Positions 19,721 through 29,936 of a stretch of DNA of 58,765 nt are shown here, piece after piece. Within the stretch, counting starts at the first letter, position 1. Each line of letters begins with the position of its first letter. The stretch is from positions 1-58,765 of the forward strand of contig JANOEH010000089.1 in assembly GCA_031413115.1 (NCBI GenBank), written 5' to 3'. This DNA is from Candidatus Eiseniibacteriota bacterium. Its GTDB lineage: Bacteria > Eisenbacteria > RBG-16-71-46 > DASYSL01. A program made the position numbers and the translations under genes. Below the pieces are notes generated by a model. It was not told the origin of the DNA and searched no databases. It saw only the letters and a list, made by a program, of their open reading frames with translations.

Positions 19721-19912
19721 CTACTTCGTCGCGGGCGCGGGATCCGCGGCGGGAGCCTTCGGAACCTCGACCTTCACTTCGACCTTCTTCAGGTCGACGT
19801 TCTGCGAGGAACCGGGCTGGCTGCTGTAGAACCAGTAGCCTGCACCGACGAGGACGACGACGATCGCGACGATTGCCAGGGCGTTGACGCCCGATCCACC
19901 CGAATCACTCAT
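19721..19912 (-). CDS. Small single-pass membrane protein (63 aa)
   Basis: AGGAGG SD; MSDSGGSGVNALAIVAIVVVLVGAGYWFY...; high-GC3 codons; followed by a terminator. Confidence 0.75.
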   Translation of the reverse strand: MSDSGGSGVNALAIVAIVVVLVGAGYWFYSSQPGSSQNVDLKKVEVKVEVPKAPAADPAPATK

Positions 19913-20186
19913 GGCCCATCCTCCTGAAGGAGACCGCCTCGACCGGCGGCGATTCCGCGCACCGGCCATTCGACGGAGAGGTAGAGGGCAAGTTCGGGAC
20001 CAGTCCCGGCGCGCTGGCCGGGCGGAGTCGCAGGTCGTTGCAGCGTCACACGATCGGCGAGGGGACCTCGCGTAACGAGTGCCCCTTCTGCGCCTCCCGG
20101 GGGAGCGTCGGCGGAGCGCGATTCTGGAATTCTCCGCCGGGGACTCCCCGAACGACCATGGCCCGCCCCGGCGGGGCAAGGCGAGG

Positions 20187-23171
20187 TCACGGCAGGATCA
20201 CGACCCGCGTCGAGGTGCGTACGCCATCCAGCGTCACTCGCAGGTAGTACACACCCGCCGCGATCGGCCGGCCGGCCTCGCCACGTGCCGCCCACGTGGC
20301 CGCGTGCACACCGGCGTCGGCGAAGCCGTGCGCCAGCGTCGCCATCCGCCGCCCCACGACCGAGTACAGCGCGGCCTCGAACGCAGCGCCACCCGCGGGG
20401 ATCTCGTAGGCGTACTCCATCGTGCCGCCGCGCGGCAGCGGGTTCGGCGTGATCGCCGCGGCCACTGCGAGAACCACGGCTCCCGGAACGCGCGCGCCAC
20501 CGTCCGCGAGGACGACGCAATCGCTCACCTCGATCATGCGACCGCCACGCAGTCGCGCCTCGAAGGTGACGACGCGTGTCGCGCCACCGGGGGCAGACGC
20601 CAGGCTCGCCGCGATCGCCTGCGCGTCGAACTCGAACACCGCATCGGCGACGCCGTCCGGAGTGCGGCCGTCACACGGACAGCCGGTGCCGCAGGCGTCG
20701 ACCGGCCCGCTCTCGTCGGCCAGCGTGAGCGCGGCGTGCACCGCGCGCACGCCCGCGAGTCGCACCGAGGAGAGGATCAGGTCGGCGAAGTCGAACGCGC
20801 CCGCGCTCACCAGCGCCACGCGCACCGTTCCCTTCGCCGCGGCAGCGAGGACGTTCGGACAGGCGCCGGGCATCACGTCCAGCGTCACGCCGGGTGCGGC
20901 CGGCGTCGAATCCCCCGTGCGGTTGCGCAGCACGCCGATGCGATCGGCGGCGAGACCCGCGCTCAGGAGATCGATGCGACCGTCGCCGTCGAAATCCCCG
21001 GCGACGACCACGTCGGCGGCGGCCGTCGTGCCGAAGGTCAGCGGTGCGCCGAACGACAGCGTCCCCGCGGCACCGCCCGGCAGGATTGTGAGCGTGGACG
21101 CACCCGCGTTCGCCACCGCGAGATCGAGCCCGCCGACGCCATCGAGGTTCGCGACGGCGAGGCCACGCGGGTCGGCCCCCACGCGCGCAGTCGCTGCCGC
21201 GTCGAAGCCGCCGAAGCCGCCGTTGCCATCACCCGGGTAGACGACGACGAGACCGCCGGCCGGATACGCCGCGCCCTGCCCCGACACGACATCGAGATCA
21301 CCGTCCCCGTCGAGGTCGGCGAGCGCGAGCGCGAGCGGGCGCAAACCGGTGCGCCACTCCTGCCCGCGCGTGAAATCCCCACCGCCCGATCCCTTCCACA
21401 CGCTGATCGAATGTGCGCCCTCGGCGGCGACCACGAGATCGGTGCGGGTATCGCCGTCGACGTCGCCCAGCGCGAGCGCGGCGAGTCCGCCCGCAGCGGT
21501 CTCAAGCGTGGCGTGCAGGTGCAGCTTCCCGGTGCCGTCGGCGAGGAACACCGCGACGGTGTTCGTGCCCGCGATCGCCACGATCACGTCCTCGCCGCCC
21601 CCCGCGTCGACCTGCCCGACCACGAGCGCAACCGGGCGACCGCCGACCTCGACCGTGTCGTCGGGCGCGAACGTAAACGCGCCTTCGCCCCCGGGATTGC
21701 GGGCGACCGAGAGGAATCCTCTGGAGGTCGCGTGCGCCACGACGAGGTCGAACGCGCCCCCTGCCAGGAGCCGAGCGCCGCGCACGCGCGTCGGCGCGAA
21801 GCCCACGGGATACGTCACGCGGCCCGACTCGGCAAACCCACCGGCGCCGTCGCCGCGCAGGACGGTGAGCCCATCGGCGAAGAGGTCCGGCGCCGCGAGA
21901 TCGAGCGTGCCGTCGCCGTCGAGGTCGCCGAGCCACAGGTCGGCCGGCCCGAAGTCGAGCCTGAGCGCGGTCGCATCGCCGAAGCTGCCGTCACCGCGAC
22001 CCGCGAGCAACACCGCGCCGCGCCCGCCGGGTTCGAGTCCGACGAGATCGGGGCGCCCGTCGCAGTTCCAGTCGTCGACGGCGAACCGACCCGCGCCCAG
22101 ACGCGCCGCGTGGTGCGGTGCACCGACCAGTCGCCCCGAGCGATCGTTGCGGAACACGCCGATCCCACCGCCGCGACGATCGACGGACAAGAGGTCTGGC
22201 CAGCCGTCGAGGTCGACGTCCCCCACCGCGAGCGCGGCGGGCACGAAGTCGGCGTCGAACGCGAGCGCGGGCTCGAACTTTCCGCTCGCCGTGCCGCGCA
22301 GGATGCGCACGCCGCCGTGCTCCTCCGCCTCGACCACGCTGCCTGCGCCGACCGAGACCACGAGGTCGACGTGGCCGTCGCGATCGACGTCGGCCGCGGC
22401 CAGCCCGGCCGGAACCGCCCCGATCGAGACTTCGTCGACCCGGTGGAAGTGTCCGCTCTGCGTCACCGCGAGGACTTCGATCCTGCCGTCGGCGTCGGCC
22501 ACCGCCAGCCCTTCGTGACGCACCCCGGGCAGGCGCACGACGACCAGTTGCAATGGGCCCGCGCCCGCGCGGATCGTCGTCGGCGCGTCGTACGCGAAGT
22601 CGCCGCGCCCGCGCAGGAACAGCGCCGTGTTGCGCCCGGCGCCGACGATCAACACCAGGTCGAGGATGCCGTCGCCGTCGAGGTCGCCCGCGAGCGCGCC
22701 CGCCGGATCCTCGCCGACACCGAACGCGCGCGGCGAAGCGAACGTCCCGTCGCCCGCGCCACGCAGGATCGAGACGGTTCCCGCCCTGCGATTGACGACC
22801 ACGAGGTCGCTGCGTCCGTCGCCGTCGGCGTCGAGTGCGACGAGGTCGCGCGGGTCCGGCCCCGCCGCGAATCCGATGCGCGAGCGGAATCCACCGCCCG
22901 GTGCGCCGAGCAGGATCGAGATGCCGTCGTCGTCGGGATGCGAGAGCGCGAGATCGCCGAGTCCGTCGCCGTTGAAGTCCGCGTTGACGAGATCATAAGC
23001 AAGACGTCCGCTGTCGAACCAGCGGTAGCCGCCGGTGAAGCGCAGCGCCGATGCCGGCTGCGCGGCCGCAGAGCGCGCTCCGATCGCGAGCAGGAGGCCT
23101 GCAAGCGCGAAAATGAACACGAGTCGGCCGGGGGCCGGGCGATGGAGTTGGATCGAGGGCTCGAAGTGCAT
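20187..23171 (-). CDS. Secreted VCBS/FG-GAP repeat protein with C-terminal FlgD-Ig/T9SS-like domain
   Basis: About 14 DxDGDGxxDL repeats; LDVMPGACPN domain; C-terminus ITPNP...LYSVVGRRMATL...AAGVYYLRV; start uncertain. Confidence 0.85.
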   Translation of the reverse strand: MHFEPSIQLHRPAPGRLVFIFALAGLLLAIGARSAAAQPASALRFTGGYRWFDSGRLAYDLVNADFNGDGLGDLALSHPDDDGISILLGAPGGGFRSRIGFAAGPDPRDLVALDADGDGRSDLVVVNRRAGTVSILRGAGDGTFASPRAFGVGEDPAGALAGDLDGDGILDLVLIVGAGRNTALFLRGRGDFAYDAPTTIRAGAGPLQLVVVRLPGVRHEGLAVADADGRIEVLAVTQSGHFHRVDEVSIGAVPAGLAAADVDRDGHVDLVVSVGAGSVVEAEEHGGVRILRGTASGKFEPALAFDADFVPAALAVGDVDLDGWPDLLSVDRRGGGIGVFRNDRSGRLVGAPHHAARLGAGRFAVDDWNCDGRPDLVGLEPGGRGAVLLAGRGDGSFGDATALRLDFGPADLWLGDLDGDGTLDLAAPDLFADGLTVLRGDGAGGFAESGRVTYPVGFAPTRVRGARLLAGGAFDLVVAHATSRGFLSVARNPGGEGAFTFAPDDTVEVGGRPVALVVGQVDAGGGEDVIVAIAGTNTVAVFLADGTGKLHLHATLETAAGGLAALALGDVDGDTRTDLVVAAEGAHSISVWKGSGGGDFTRGQEWRTGLRPLALALADLDGDGDLDVVSGQGAAYPAGGLVVVYPGDGNGGFGGFDAAATARVGADPRGLAVANLDGVGGLDLAVANAGASTLTILPGGAAGTLSFGAPLTFGTTAAADVVVAGDFDGDGRIDLLSAGLAADRIGVLRNRTGDSTPAAPGVTLDVMPGACPNVLAAAAKGTVRVALVSAGAFDFADLILSSVRLAGVRAVHAALTLADESGPVDACGTGCPCDGRTPDGVADAVFEFDAQAIAASLASAPGGATRVVTFEARLRGGRMIEVSDCVVLADGGARVPGAVVLAVAAAITPNPLPRGGTMEYAYEIPAGGAAFEAALYSVVGRRMATLAHGFADAGVHAATWAARGEAGRPIAAGVYYLRVTLDGVRTSTRVVILP

Positions 23172-23416
23172 ACAGGTCTCGTGCGAAGCGTTATGCGGAT
23201 ACGAGGATCCGGGACCTTGCGGGGGGCCGTCAAGATGATGCGCCAAGACGTGGTGACGGTGGGCGAATTCCTTCTGCGCCCACGATCGTGCGCGGGCCAG
23301 GGGGGGGAATCCGGCCGGCGGGATCATCCGTAACGCATTGGGCCACAATCAGGTGTGTCGCCGGAGAGATGGCCCACACGGGCGAGTGGGCATCACTCCA
23401 GTGCGACGGCCCGGAC

Positions 23417-24097
23417 CTAGCCTCCGGCCGCCTGCCGCTTGGCCGCCTCACGCGCGGCTTCGCTGGCGTAGATGGCGACCTCGACGCGACGGTTGAGATG
23501 ACGACCGGCTTCGGTCTCGTTGGTCGCGATCGGCTCGGTTTCGCCGCGGCCCTTGGTCTCGACGCGTTCGACTTCCCGGCTTCGCAGGTAGCTGGCCGCC
23601 GAGGCGGCTCGGCGTTCGGAGAGTCCCTGGTTGTACGACGCGGTACCGACGCCGTCGGTGTGGCCAACGACGAGCAGGTTCGAGTTGTCGTACTTGTCGA
23701 CGCTGCTCGCGAGCGCATCGAGGTTCGAGCGCGCCTCGCCGCGGACGACATCGGAATCGAAGTCGAACATCAGGCCGGAGTCGAAGACGACCGCGATCCC
23801 CTCGCCCACACGCGACACCGTGGCGCCGGGAATGTTCTGCTGCAGCTCCTTGGCCTGCTGGTCCATCTGGTGGCCGATGATCGCGCCTGCGGCGCCGCCG
23901 ACGACCGCGCCGATGATCGCGCCGCGCGCCGTCGAACCCGTCTGGTTGCCGATCACCGCACCGGCCGCGGCGCCGGTGGCACCACCGATGATGGCGCCCT
24001 TTTCCTTGTTGTTCATGCTGGCGCAACCGACCGCAGTGAGAAGCAACAGCACTGCGAGCGGGGCCTGAACCTGTCTGGATCGTAGCTGGATGGACAT
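23417..24097 (-). CDS. OmpA-family lipoprotein with glycine zipper
   Basis: AVG-C lipobox; GAIIGG repeats; FDFDS, GHTD, NQGLSERRA, NRRVE; AAGGAG SD. Confidence 0.93.
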   Translation of the reverse strand: MSIQLRSRQVQAPLAVLLLLTAVGCASMNNKEKGAIIGGATGAAAGAVIGNQTGSTARGAIIGAVVGGAAGAIIGHQMDQQAKELQQNIPGATVSRVGEGIAVVFDSGLMFDFDSDVVRGEARSNLDALASSVDKYDNSNLLVVGHTDGVGTASYNQGLSERRAASAASYLRSREVERVETKGRGETEPIATNETEAGRHLNRRVEVAIYASEAAREAAKRQAAGG

Positions 24098-24304
24098 CGC
24101 GGACTCCTTCGAGCGAGCGAGCGTCCGGGCCCGTGGGGTCCTCGCAGACGATGGATGCCGCGAGCCGACTTCCGGGTGCACGGACGTCACTCCCTTCAAC
24201 CATAGGGCAGCAATCACACTCCCGAGCACGATCATTGCGCGCGCGCGTCGGAGTCGGCGATGGCCGGACCCGCGCGTCGGGAGAAATCGAGCTGTTTGCC
24301 GCGG

Positions 24305-25138
24305 TTATCGCGCCTGGGCTGTCCGATCCGGGCCCGCGGACGTCTTGCGCAGGATCAGGATGTTCCCGAAGGCCGGTCCGGGGGCGCGCGGGTGGCGGAA
24401 CCAGAAACGGTTCCAGCCGTGGATCGCCGCCGGCGCAGCTCCCAAGTTCGTGCGGCTGTAGAGCTCGGTGAATTGGCCGGCGAAGCGGCAGACCAGGGAG
24501 AATCCGAGCCCCCGGAAGCGCGACACGAGCCAGTCGACGTTCGCGTGGCGAATGAGGAGGACACCGTCGGGAGTCATCAGCTCGTACTCGGCGTTGGCCG
24601 GCGCGAGCCGTGGTCGCCGGCCGCGCAATCGGTTCAATAGGCGGATCAGCCGCCCGTGCGCCGACTTCGCATTGCCCTCGCTCACGACGAGCATGCCGCC
24701 GGGTCGCACGATGCGGGCCAGCTCGGCGATCGCGCGCTCGACCTCGGGCATATGCATGAGCACGCCCCAGCACAGAGCCGCGTCGAACGAGGCGTCGGCG
24801 AACGACAGGTGGAGGAGATCCTCACGCTCCAGCGTGACACGGTCGGACAGGCCCGCCGCGCGGACGTTTGCCGCAGCCGACTCGAGGACGCTGCTCGAGA
24901 AGTCGACCGAGCGCACGTGGAATCCCCGGCGCGCCAGGCGAATCGTATGCGCCCCGACGCCGCAACCGGCATCGAGGATCGTCGCCCCGGCGGGCAGGCC
25001 GAGTTCGCGCACGACGACGTCGAATGCCTCTTTAAAGAAGCGCTCGTTGGCGCCGCTGCGGAACACCGACTCCCAGCCCTGGTGCACGCCAGGGCGGTCG
25101 AGTGTCGCGGCCAGGTCGTCGGATCCGGGTGCGGTCAT
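24305..25138 (-). CDS. Class I SAM-dependent methyltransferase
   Basis: ILDAGCGVG, SFADASFD, LARIVRPGG; GGAGG SD. Confidence 0.9.
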   Translation of the reverse strand: MTAPGSDDLAATLDRPGVHQGWESVFRSGANERFFKEAFDVVVRELGLPAGATILDAGCGVGAHTIRLARRGFHVRSVDFSSSVLESAAANVRAAGLSDRVTLEREDLLHLSFADASFDAALCWGVLMHMPEVERAIAELARIVRPGGMLVVSEGNAKSAHGRLIRLLNRLRGRRPRLAPANAEYELMTPDGVLLIRHANVDWLVSRFRGLGFSLVCRFAGQFTELYSRTNLGAAPAAIHGWNRFWFRHPRAPGPAFGNILILRKTSAGPDRTAQAR

Positions 25139-25223
25139 CGCGGGGTGCGCCTCCTCGGCCCGCCGATCAGGGCGAGCCGAGGCAGGCTAGCACAGGTGCG
25201 ACGGGGTTCCGCCGACGTGCGGG

Positions 25224-26312
25224 TTACACCGTCGGCGGCAGAGGCGGCGGCGTGTGCCCGAACAGCGACGCGACATCCGCGACCGACGAGGCGGCCGTCC
25301 ATGCGGTCATCCCCGGCATCCACACCAGCGTCGCCGGTGTGACCCTCCCCGACGCCGCTTCCTCGGCCAACTGCAGCAGGGAGTACGGACCGGCCGCGCG
25401 TCCACCGGCGGCGATGTGCCACAGGGCCGGAATCGGCGGCGGCTCAGTCGTCGCGGCGGGGGCCGCACCCACCTGCTGCGCGTACGCGAGCCCCATGCCC
25501 AGGCCCACGCCGGCGCCGGCTAAGCCGCCGGCCGGGTTCGCGGCGGCGATCGGCGTCGAGCGTCCGACCTGGTACGCCTGGTACGACGCGAGGTCGGCGA
25601 CGACGCTGATCGACGCGCGCGCATCGAGCGCCTTCTCCACTTCCTCGGGCACCGAGATGTTCACGATGTAGAGCTGCGGGATGTCGAGCCCGTACTCGTC
25701 GTCGACGCGCGCCAGCACCGCGGCCCGCAGCTGCTCCGACAGCGCCCCCGAGTTTGCGGCGAGGTCGCCGAGCCGGATCCCGGCGCGCGCGATCAGGGCG
25801 CCGAACTCGTGGCTCACGATCGAGCGCAGGAGCTCGGTGATCTCCTCGGCCTGGTACGACGCGCCGGTGCCGACGAGCTCGGCGAGGATGCGATTCGGGT
25901 CGCGCGCCTTGAGCGTGTACGAGCCGAAGGCGCGCACGCGCAGCGTCCCCAGGTCGGGATCGTCGACGATCACCGGATTCGGCGTGCCCCACTTGAGGTC
26001 AGTCACCTGGCGCGTGGCGAAGAAATACACCTCGGCCTTGAACGGGCTGTCGAAGCCGTGCTTCCAGCTCTGCAGCGTCGACAGGAGCGGCAGGTTCGAG
26101 GTCTCGAGCGTGTACGTGCCCGGGCCGAACGTGTCGGCGATCTTCCCTTCGTGCACGAACAGCGCGAGCTGGCCCGGGCGCACGATGAGCTGCGCGCCGT
26201 TCTTGACCTGGTTGTGATAGCGCGGAAAGCGCCACACCAGCGTCTGCGGATCGTCCTCGAGCCACTCGACGATGTCGATCAGCTCGCCACGCATCTTGTC
26301 GATCCAGCTCAT
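25224..26312 (-). CDS. SPFH-domain protein (YdjI-like) with C-terminal GYF_2-like domain
   Basis: LIDIVEW...QLIVRPGQ...LKWGTPNP...RAFGSY; C-terminus GPYS...TLVWMPGMTAW. Confidence 0.88.
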   Translation of the reverse strand: MSWIDKMRGELIDIVEWLEDDPQTLVWRFPRYHNQVKNGAQLIVRPGQLALFVHEGKIADTFGPGTYTLETSNLPLLSTLQSWKHGFDSPFKAEVYFFATRQVTDLKWGTPNPVIVDDPDLGTLRVRAFGSYTLKARDPNRILAELVGTGASYQAEEITELLRSIVSHEFGALIARAGIRLGDLAANSGALSEQLRAAVLARVDDEYGLDIPQLYIVNISVPEEVEKALDARASISVVADLASYQAYQVGRSTPIAAANPAGGLAGAGVGLGMGLAYAQQVGAAPAATTEPPPIPALWHIAAGGRAAGPYSLLQLAEEAASGRVTPATLVWMPGMTAWTAASSVADVASLFGHTPPPLPPTV

Positions 26313-26349
26313 GACCGCCCTCCATTCCGTCGGAACCCCGATACGTTCA

Positions 26350-27252
26350 TCACCTCAGCATCTCGCGCAGGAACGCGCCGATCAGCGCGCCTGCCCCCCT
26401 CGTTCCCGTGTCGCGCTGCGCTCGCGTCGACGAGCCGCCGACCAGCGCCGTCTGCGCCAGGATCCACGCTTGGCGTTCATCCGGCTGTGTCGCGCGCGTC
26501 GCCAGCGCAGCGGCCTCGGCGGCCGCCGTCTCGGCATGCGTCCGCTCCGCCTGCTCGAGCGCACCGGACATCACGAACCCGGCCACTCGCTCCAGCTCCT
26601 GGGCGTCGAGCCACGTGCCGTGCTCGCGACACCAGTCGACAATGATTCGTGAGCGGCGGCCGAAGTTCTTGCGATGCATCGGCTGCGCGCACACGGGGCA
26701 GTCGCGGTAGTGCACCGCCCCGTCGGTCGCGGCCTCGCTGGAACGGGCGACGGCGGTGATGCCGCGGGTCGGAGTCGCGCGCGCCGCCTCCATCGCCTTC
26801 TTCACCAGCGCGTCGAAATGCTCACCCGGCACCCACAGCCCGGCGCAGCGCGCACACTCGCGCACCGGCACGCCACCGATCCCCTGCAGCGCCAGCGGCT
26901 CGGCACACACGGGACAGGCCAGCGCGGCCGCGTCGGTCGGCACCGGCTGCGGGCGGAACTCGACGCCGCAGGTCCTGCAGTAGCGGTTGGCCTCGTCGTT
27001 GCGGGTGAAACACTCGGGACAGATGAGCCGCAGGCGCGTCGCGTCGGCGACCAGTCCCGCGCGACAGTATGGACACGTCCGGGCCGCGCCCTCGACCGAC
27101 GCGCCGCACGCGCCGCAGCGACGCGCCTCGACGTCCCGCCCGGCGGCGACCGCGTTGTCGACGGTCGTCCCGCACGAGCACGCGAAGCGCGCGCCCTCGT
27201 GGGCCGTGACGTCGTACTGGATGTGGCAGCGTGGACAGGCGACGAGCCGCAG
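26350..27252 (-). CDS. Multi-zinc-ribbon protein (double zinc ribbon + zf-TFIIB-like), probable CTG start
   Basis: The frame of ORF 26350..26943 stays open upstream: (CTG)RLVACPRCH...CSCG...CGAC...CPYC...CPEC...CRTC then CPVC/CARC and CPVC/CREH. Confidence 0.8.
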   Translation of the reverse strand: MRLVACPRCHIQYDVTAHEGARFACSCGTTVDNAVAAGRDVEARRCGACGASVEGAARTCPYCRAGLVADATRLRLICPECFTRNDEANRYCRTCGVEFRPQPVPTDAAALACPVCAEPLALQGIGGVPVRECARCAGLWVPGEHFDALVKKAMEAARATPTRGITAVARSSEAATDGAVHYRDCPVCAQPMHRKNFGRRSRIIVDWCREHGTWLDAQELERVAGFVMSGALEQAERTHAETAAAEAAALATRATQPDERQAWILAQTALVGGSSTRAQRDTGTRGAGALIGAFLREMLR

Positions 27253-27421
27253 AGTGCACCCCCCGGGCCCGTGGCCGTGCGCGGGACCCCCCGGGAGTGA
27301 TCGGCGGGTTGGGGGATCGGCTGAAGCACGCCGAACGGCGTCGCAAGCCCTTGGGGTTAAATCAGTTGGGACAACGCTTCCGGGCGTCGCGGGGGCAACC
27401 GCGTCCGCTCTTCAGCCGAGG

Positions 27422-28915
27422 CTAGCAACTGTAGTACACGTGCTCGCGATTTCCCGTGTCGATGCCGAGCTCGAGTCGACGGATCCGCCGCCTGAGATCT
27501 CGCGTGCGGGACGCCGCGTCCAGCGTGAATCCGAAGCTCGAGCGCGCGGACTCCGTTCCGACTTCCGGCAGGGGCTCCAACACGAGCAACCGGTAAAGCG
27601 CGAGGGCTCGCTGCCGGTGCTGGTCCGCAGCGACACTACGGCGTGCGGCAGCGGACTCCGCCGCACCAAGACCTGCGCAGTCGAGCGACCAGGCGGTTTC
27701 GTGCGATTGGGCGACGAGCAGCGCGACCTCGCGCCACGCCGCTGATTTGGGGAAGCGGCGCAGGAAGGTCTCCCCGCGCGCAATGATAGAGCGGTAGGCA
27801 TCCCACTCGAACTCACCCGTCCCGCTCGAATCCCAGCCCGACTCCAGGCGATCCGCGAAGGCATGATCCGCTAAGGGGCTCCGGCCTGTGCGCTCCAGCA
27901 ACGGAACGAGCAATGAGCCCTCGTAGGTTCGGTACTCGCCATCCATCCCCTCGTGCAGCGACACGCCGAGCGGCGACAGCGCAGGCTCGATCATCTCCAC
28001 GGCCACCGTGTCAGGCAGCGCTCCGAGGGACACGATCCACAGGTGAGCGGACCAGAGGAGAAGATCGCGGCGCGTCCCGGCGCGCAGCGTGTCCGCTTCG
28101 GCGAGGGCACCGCGCACGACGCTGAGTCCGGCGATCCCGGGCGGATTCGCGGTCAGTGCCGCGTGCAGCCGGGCGTCACGCGGACCGAGCGCCGCGGCGG
28201 CTTCCGCCCTTCGCTCCCGGGTTCGCAGCGCATCGGGATCCTGGTCGCCGTCGGGACCCGCATCCCCGGACCAATCCCTGCGCTCCTCGATGAGCAGCTG
28301 CGGGGACCAGCGGGCGACAAGCAAAGAATCGCCAAACCGTCCGTCCTCGGCGTGGTAGACGCGCACCACTCCCGTCGGGGTGACGAACTCCCGCACGACG
28401 CCCTCCCACGCCAGGTGGAGCCCGTCGAGGCCGGCGCGCGGTTCGAGTGCGCGACCGTCACCGAGGCGTCTGGTGAGTTGGTGGACGAGCGCAGACTCGA
28501 CTTCAGCGAGGCTTGCCGCGTGTGGGGGCAGGAACGACAAGGCGCCGATCGCCCAGAAGGCCAGTCCCCATCGCGGCTCCGGATCATCACCGAGGGGGTA
28601 GACCCTCCGCTCGAACGTCCCGCCCGCGAGCGAGGTCGAGCATCGGTGAACCCAGTTCTCGACCGGCCGGGTGAGATACGGGAGGTCGGCAACGGAACGG
28701 AAGTCCCGACACTCACCTGCCGTTGAGGACGCGACTGTACCTTGCGGTCGCGCCTCCCCAGGCTCGGGCCAGATTCGGCCGAGCGGCGTCGCGAGGATCG
28801 AGTCGCAGACGGTGGTGATGAGAGTGGTCGAGGAATCGGTCGACGCGGTGGATGCATCGGCTGCGAGGAGGAGCGCCGGCGCAAGCGCCGTTGCGATCAG
28901 CAGGGCACGAAACAT
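27422..28915 (-). CDS. Secreted hypothetical protein (helical/TPR-like C-terminus)
   Basis: GGAGG upstream; signal peptide MFRALLIATALAPALLLAADA; FLRRFPKSAAW resembles a TPR/BamD-like helix. Confidence 0.65.
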   Translation of the reverse strand: MFRALLIATALAPALLLAADASTASTDSSTTLITTVCDSILATPLGRIWPEPGEARPQGTVASSTAGECRDFRSVADLPYLTRPVENWVHRCSTSLAGGTFERRVYPLGDDPEPRWGLAFWAIGALSFLPPHAASLAEVESALVHQLTRRLGDGRALEPRAGLDGLHLAWEGVVREFVTPTGVVRVYHAEDGRFGDSLLVARWSPQLLIEERRDWSGDAGPDGDQDPDALRTRERRAEAAAALGPRDARLHAALTANPPGIAGLSVVRGALAEADTLRAGTRRDLLLWSAHLWIVSLGALPDTVAVEMIEPALSPLGVSLHEGMDGEYRTYEGSLLVPLLERTGRSPLADHAFADRLESGWDSSGTGEFEWDAYRSIIARGETFLRRFPKSAAWREVALLVAQSHETAWSLDCAGLGAAESAAARRSVAADQHRQRALALYRLLVLEPLPEVGTESARSSFGFTLDAASRTRDLRRRIRRLELGIDTGNREHVYYSC

Positions 28916-29002
28916 GATCGATGAACCTCCCGCACCGGGCGCCCGGCCGGGCTCCCTGACGTGCGACCCGCGGACACGCCACGGGAGTATCGCAGATCCC
29001 AG

Positions 29003-29725
29003 CTACACCAGGTTGTGGAACACCTTCTGCACGTCCTCGTCCTGCTCGAGCTTGTCGACCATCTTGAGGACGACCTCGGCCTGGTCCTCGGGCAGCGTCG
29101 AGTGCGTCGTCGGGATGTACTCCGAGTCGGCCGACACGGGCGTGATGCCGCGGTCCTCCAGGGCCTTCTGCAGCTTGCCGAAATCGTTGAACGCGCAGCG
29201 GATGACGACCTGGTCCTCGCCCTTCTCGCCGCTGCCTTCGCCCATCTCCTCGAGCCCGTGGTCGATCAGGTCGAGTTCGAGCGATTCCGTGTCGAGGCCC
29301 TCGGGCTTGAGGCGAAACACGCCCATCTTCTTGAACATGAAGCCGACGCTGCCCGCGGCCCCCATGTTCCCGCCGCCCTTCAAGAACGCGTTGCGCACGT
29401 TCGCCACGGTGCGCGTGGGGTTGTCGGTCGCCGCCTCGACGAGCACGGCGACCCCATGCGGCCCGTAGCCCTCGTAGATGATTTCGGCGTAATCGGCGGA
29501 GGTGTGGTCCATGGCCCGCTTGATCGCGGTCTCGACCTTCTCCTTGGGCATGTTGACCGCTCGTGCGTTCTGGAACGCGCGGCGCAGCGCGACGTTGGTC
29601 TCGGGGAGCGGACCGGCGGCCTTGACCGCGATCGTGACCTGCTTGCCGATGCGCGCGAACGCCTTCGACATCTTGTCCCAGCGCGCGAACATCGTCGCCT
29701 TGCGAGTTTCGAAGATGCGACCCAT
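29003..29725 (-). CDS. yebC: YebC/PmpR family protein
   Basis: MGRIFETRK...[14 protein letters not shown]...[23 protein letters not shown]...[10 protein letters not shown]. Confidence 0.95.
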   Translation of the reverse strand: MGRIFETRKATMFARWDKMSKAFARIGKQVTIAVKAAGPLPETNVALRRAFQNARAVNMPKEKVETAIKRAMDHTSADYAEIIYEGYGPHGVAVLVEAATDNPTRTVANVRNAFLKGGGNMGAAGSVGFMFKKMGVFRLKPEGLDTESLELDLIDHGLEEMGEGSGEKGEDQVVIRCAFNDFGKLQKALEDRGITPVSADSEYIPTTHSTLPEDQAEVVLKMVDKLEQDEDVQKVFHNLV

Positions 29726-29936
29726 CGTGGCTTCGCTCCTGGGTGCGGGAAGGGCGCCGGCGGCGGGCCGGGAAGGCGCGAGGCCGCATGGATCGCGGCC
29801 GACGCGCCATGATGCCACGCAGCGGCGCGCGCGTCCACCCCACGGCCGCCACCAACCCCGTGGCTACCACGCAGCCGCGGCCGCCCCCGAAACAAGCGGG
29901 CGGCCGCGCAGGGCGTGGACAGGCGCGTTTCAACGA

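Noticed and set aside
1023-23171. FG-GAP/VCBS nucleotide repeats as mobile or DGR-type repeats
   Set aside because: They are explained by protein repeat motifs, and no reverse transcriptase or transposase is present in the window.
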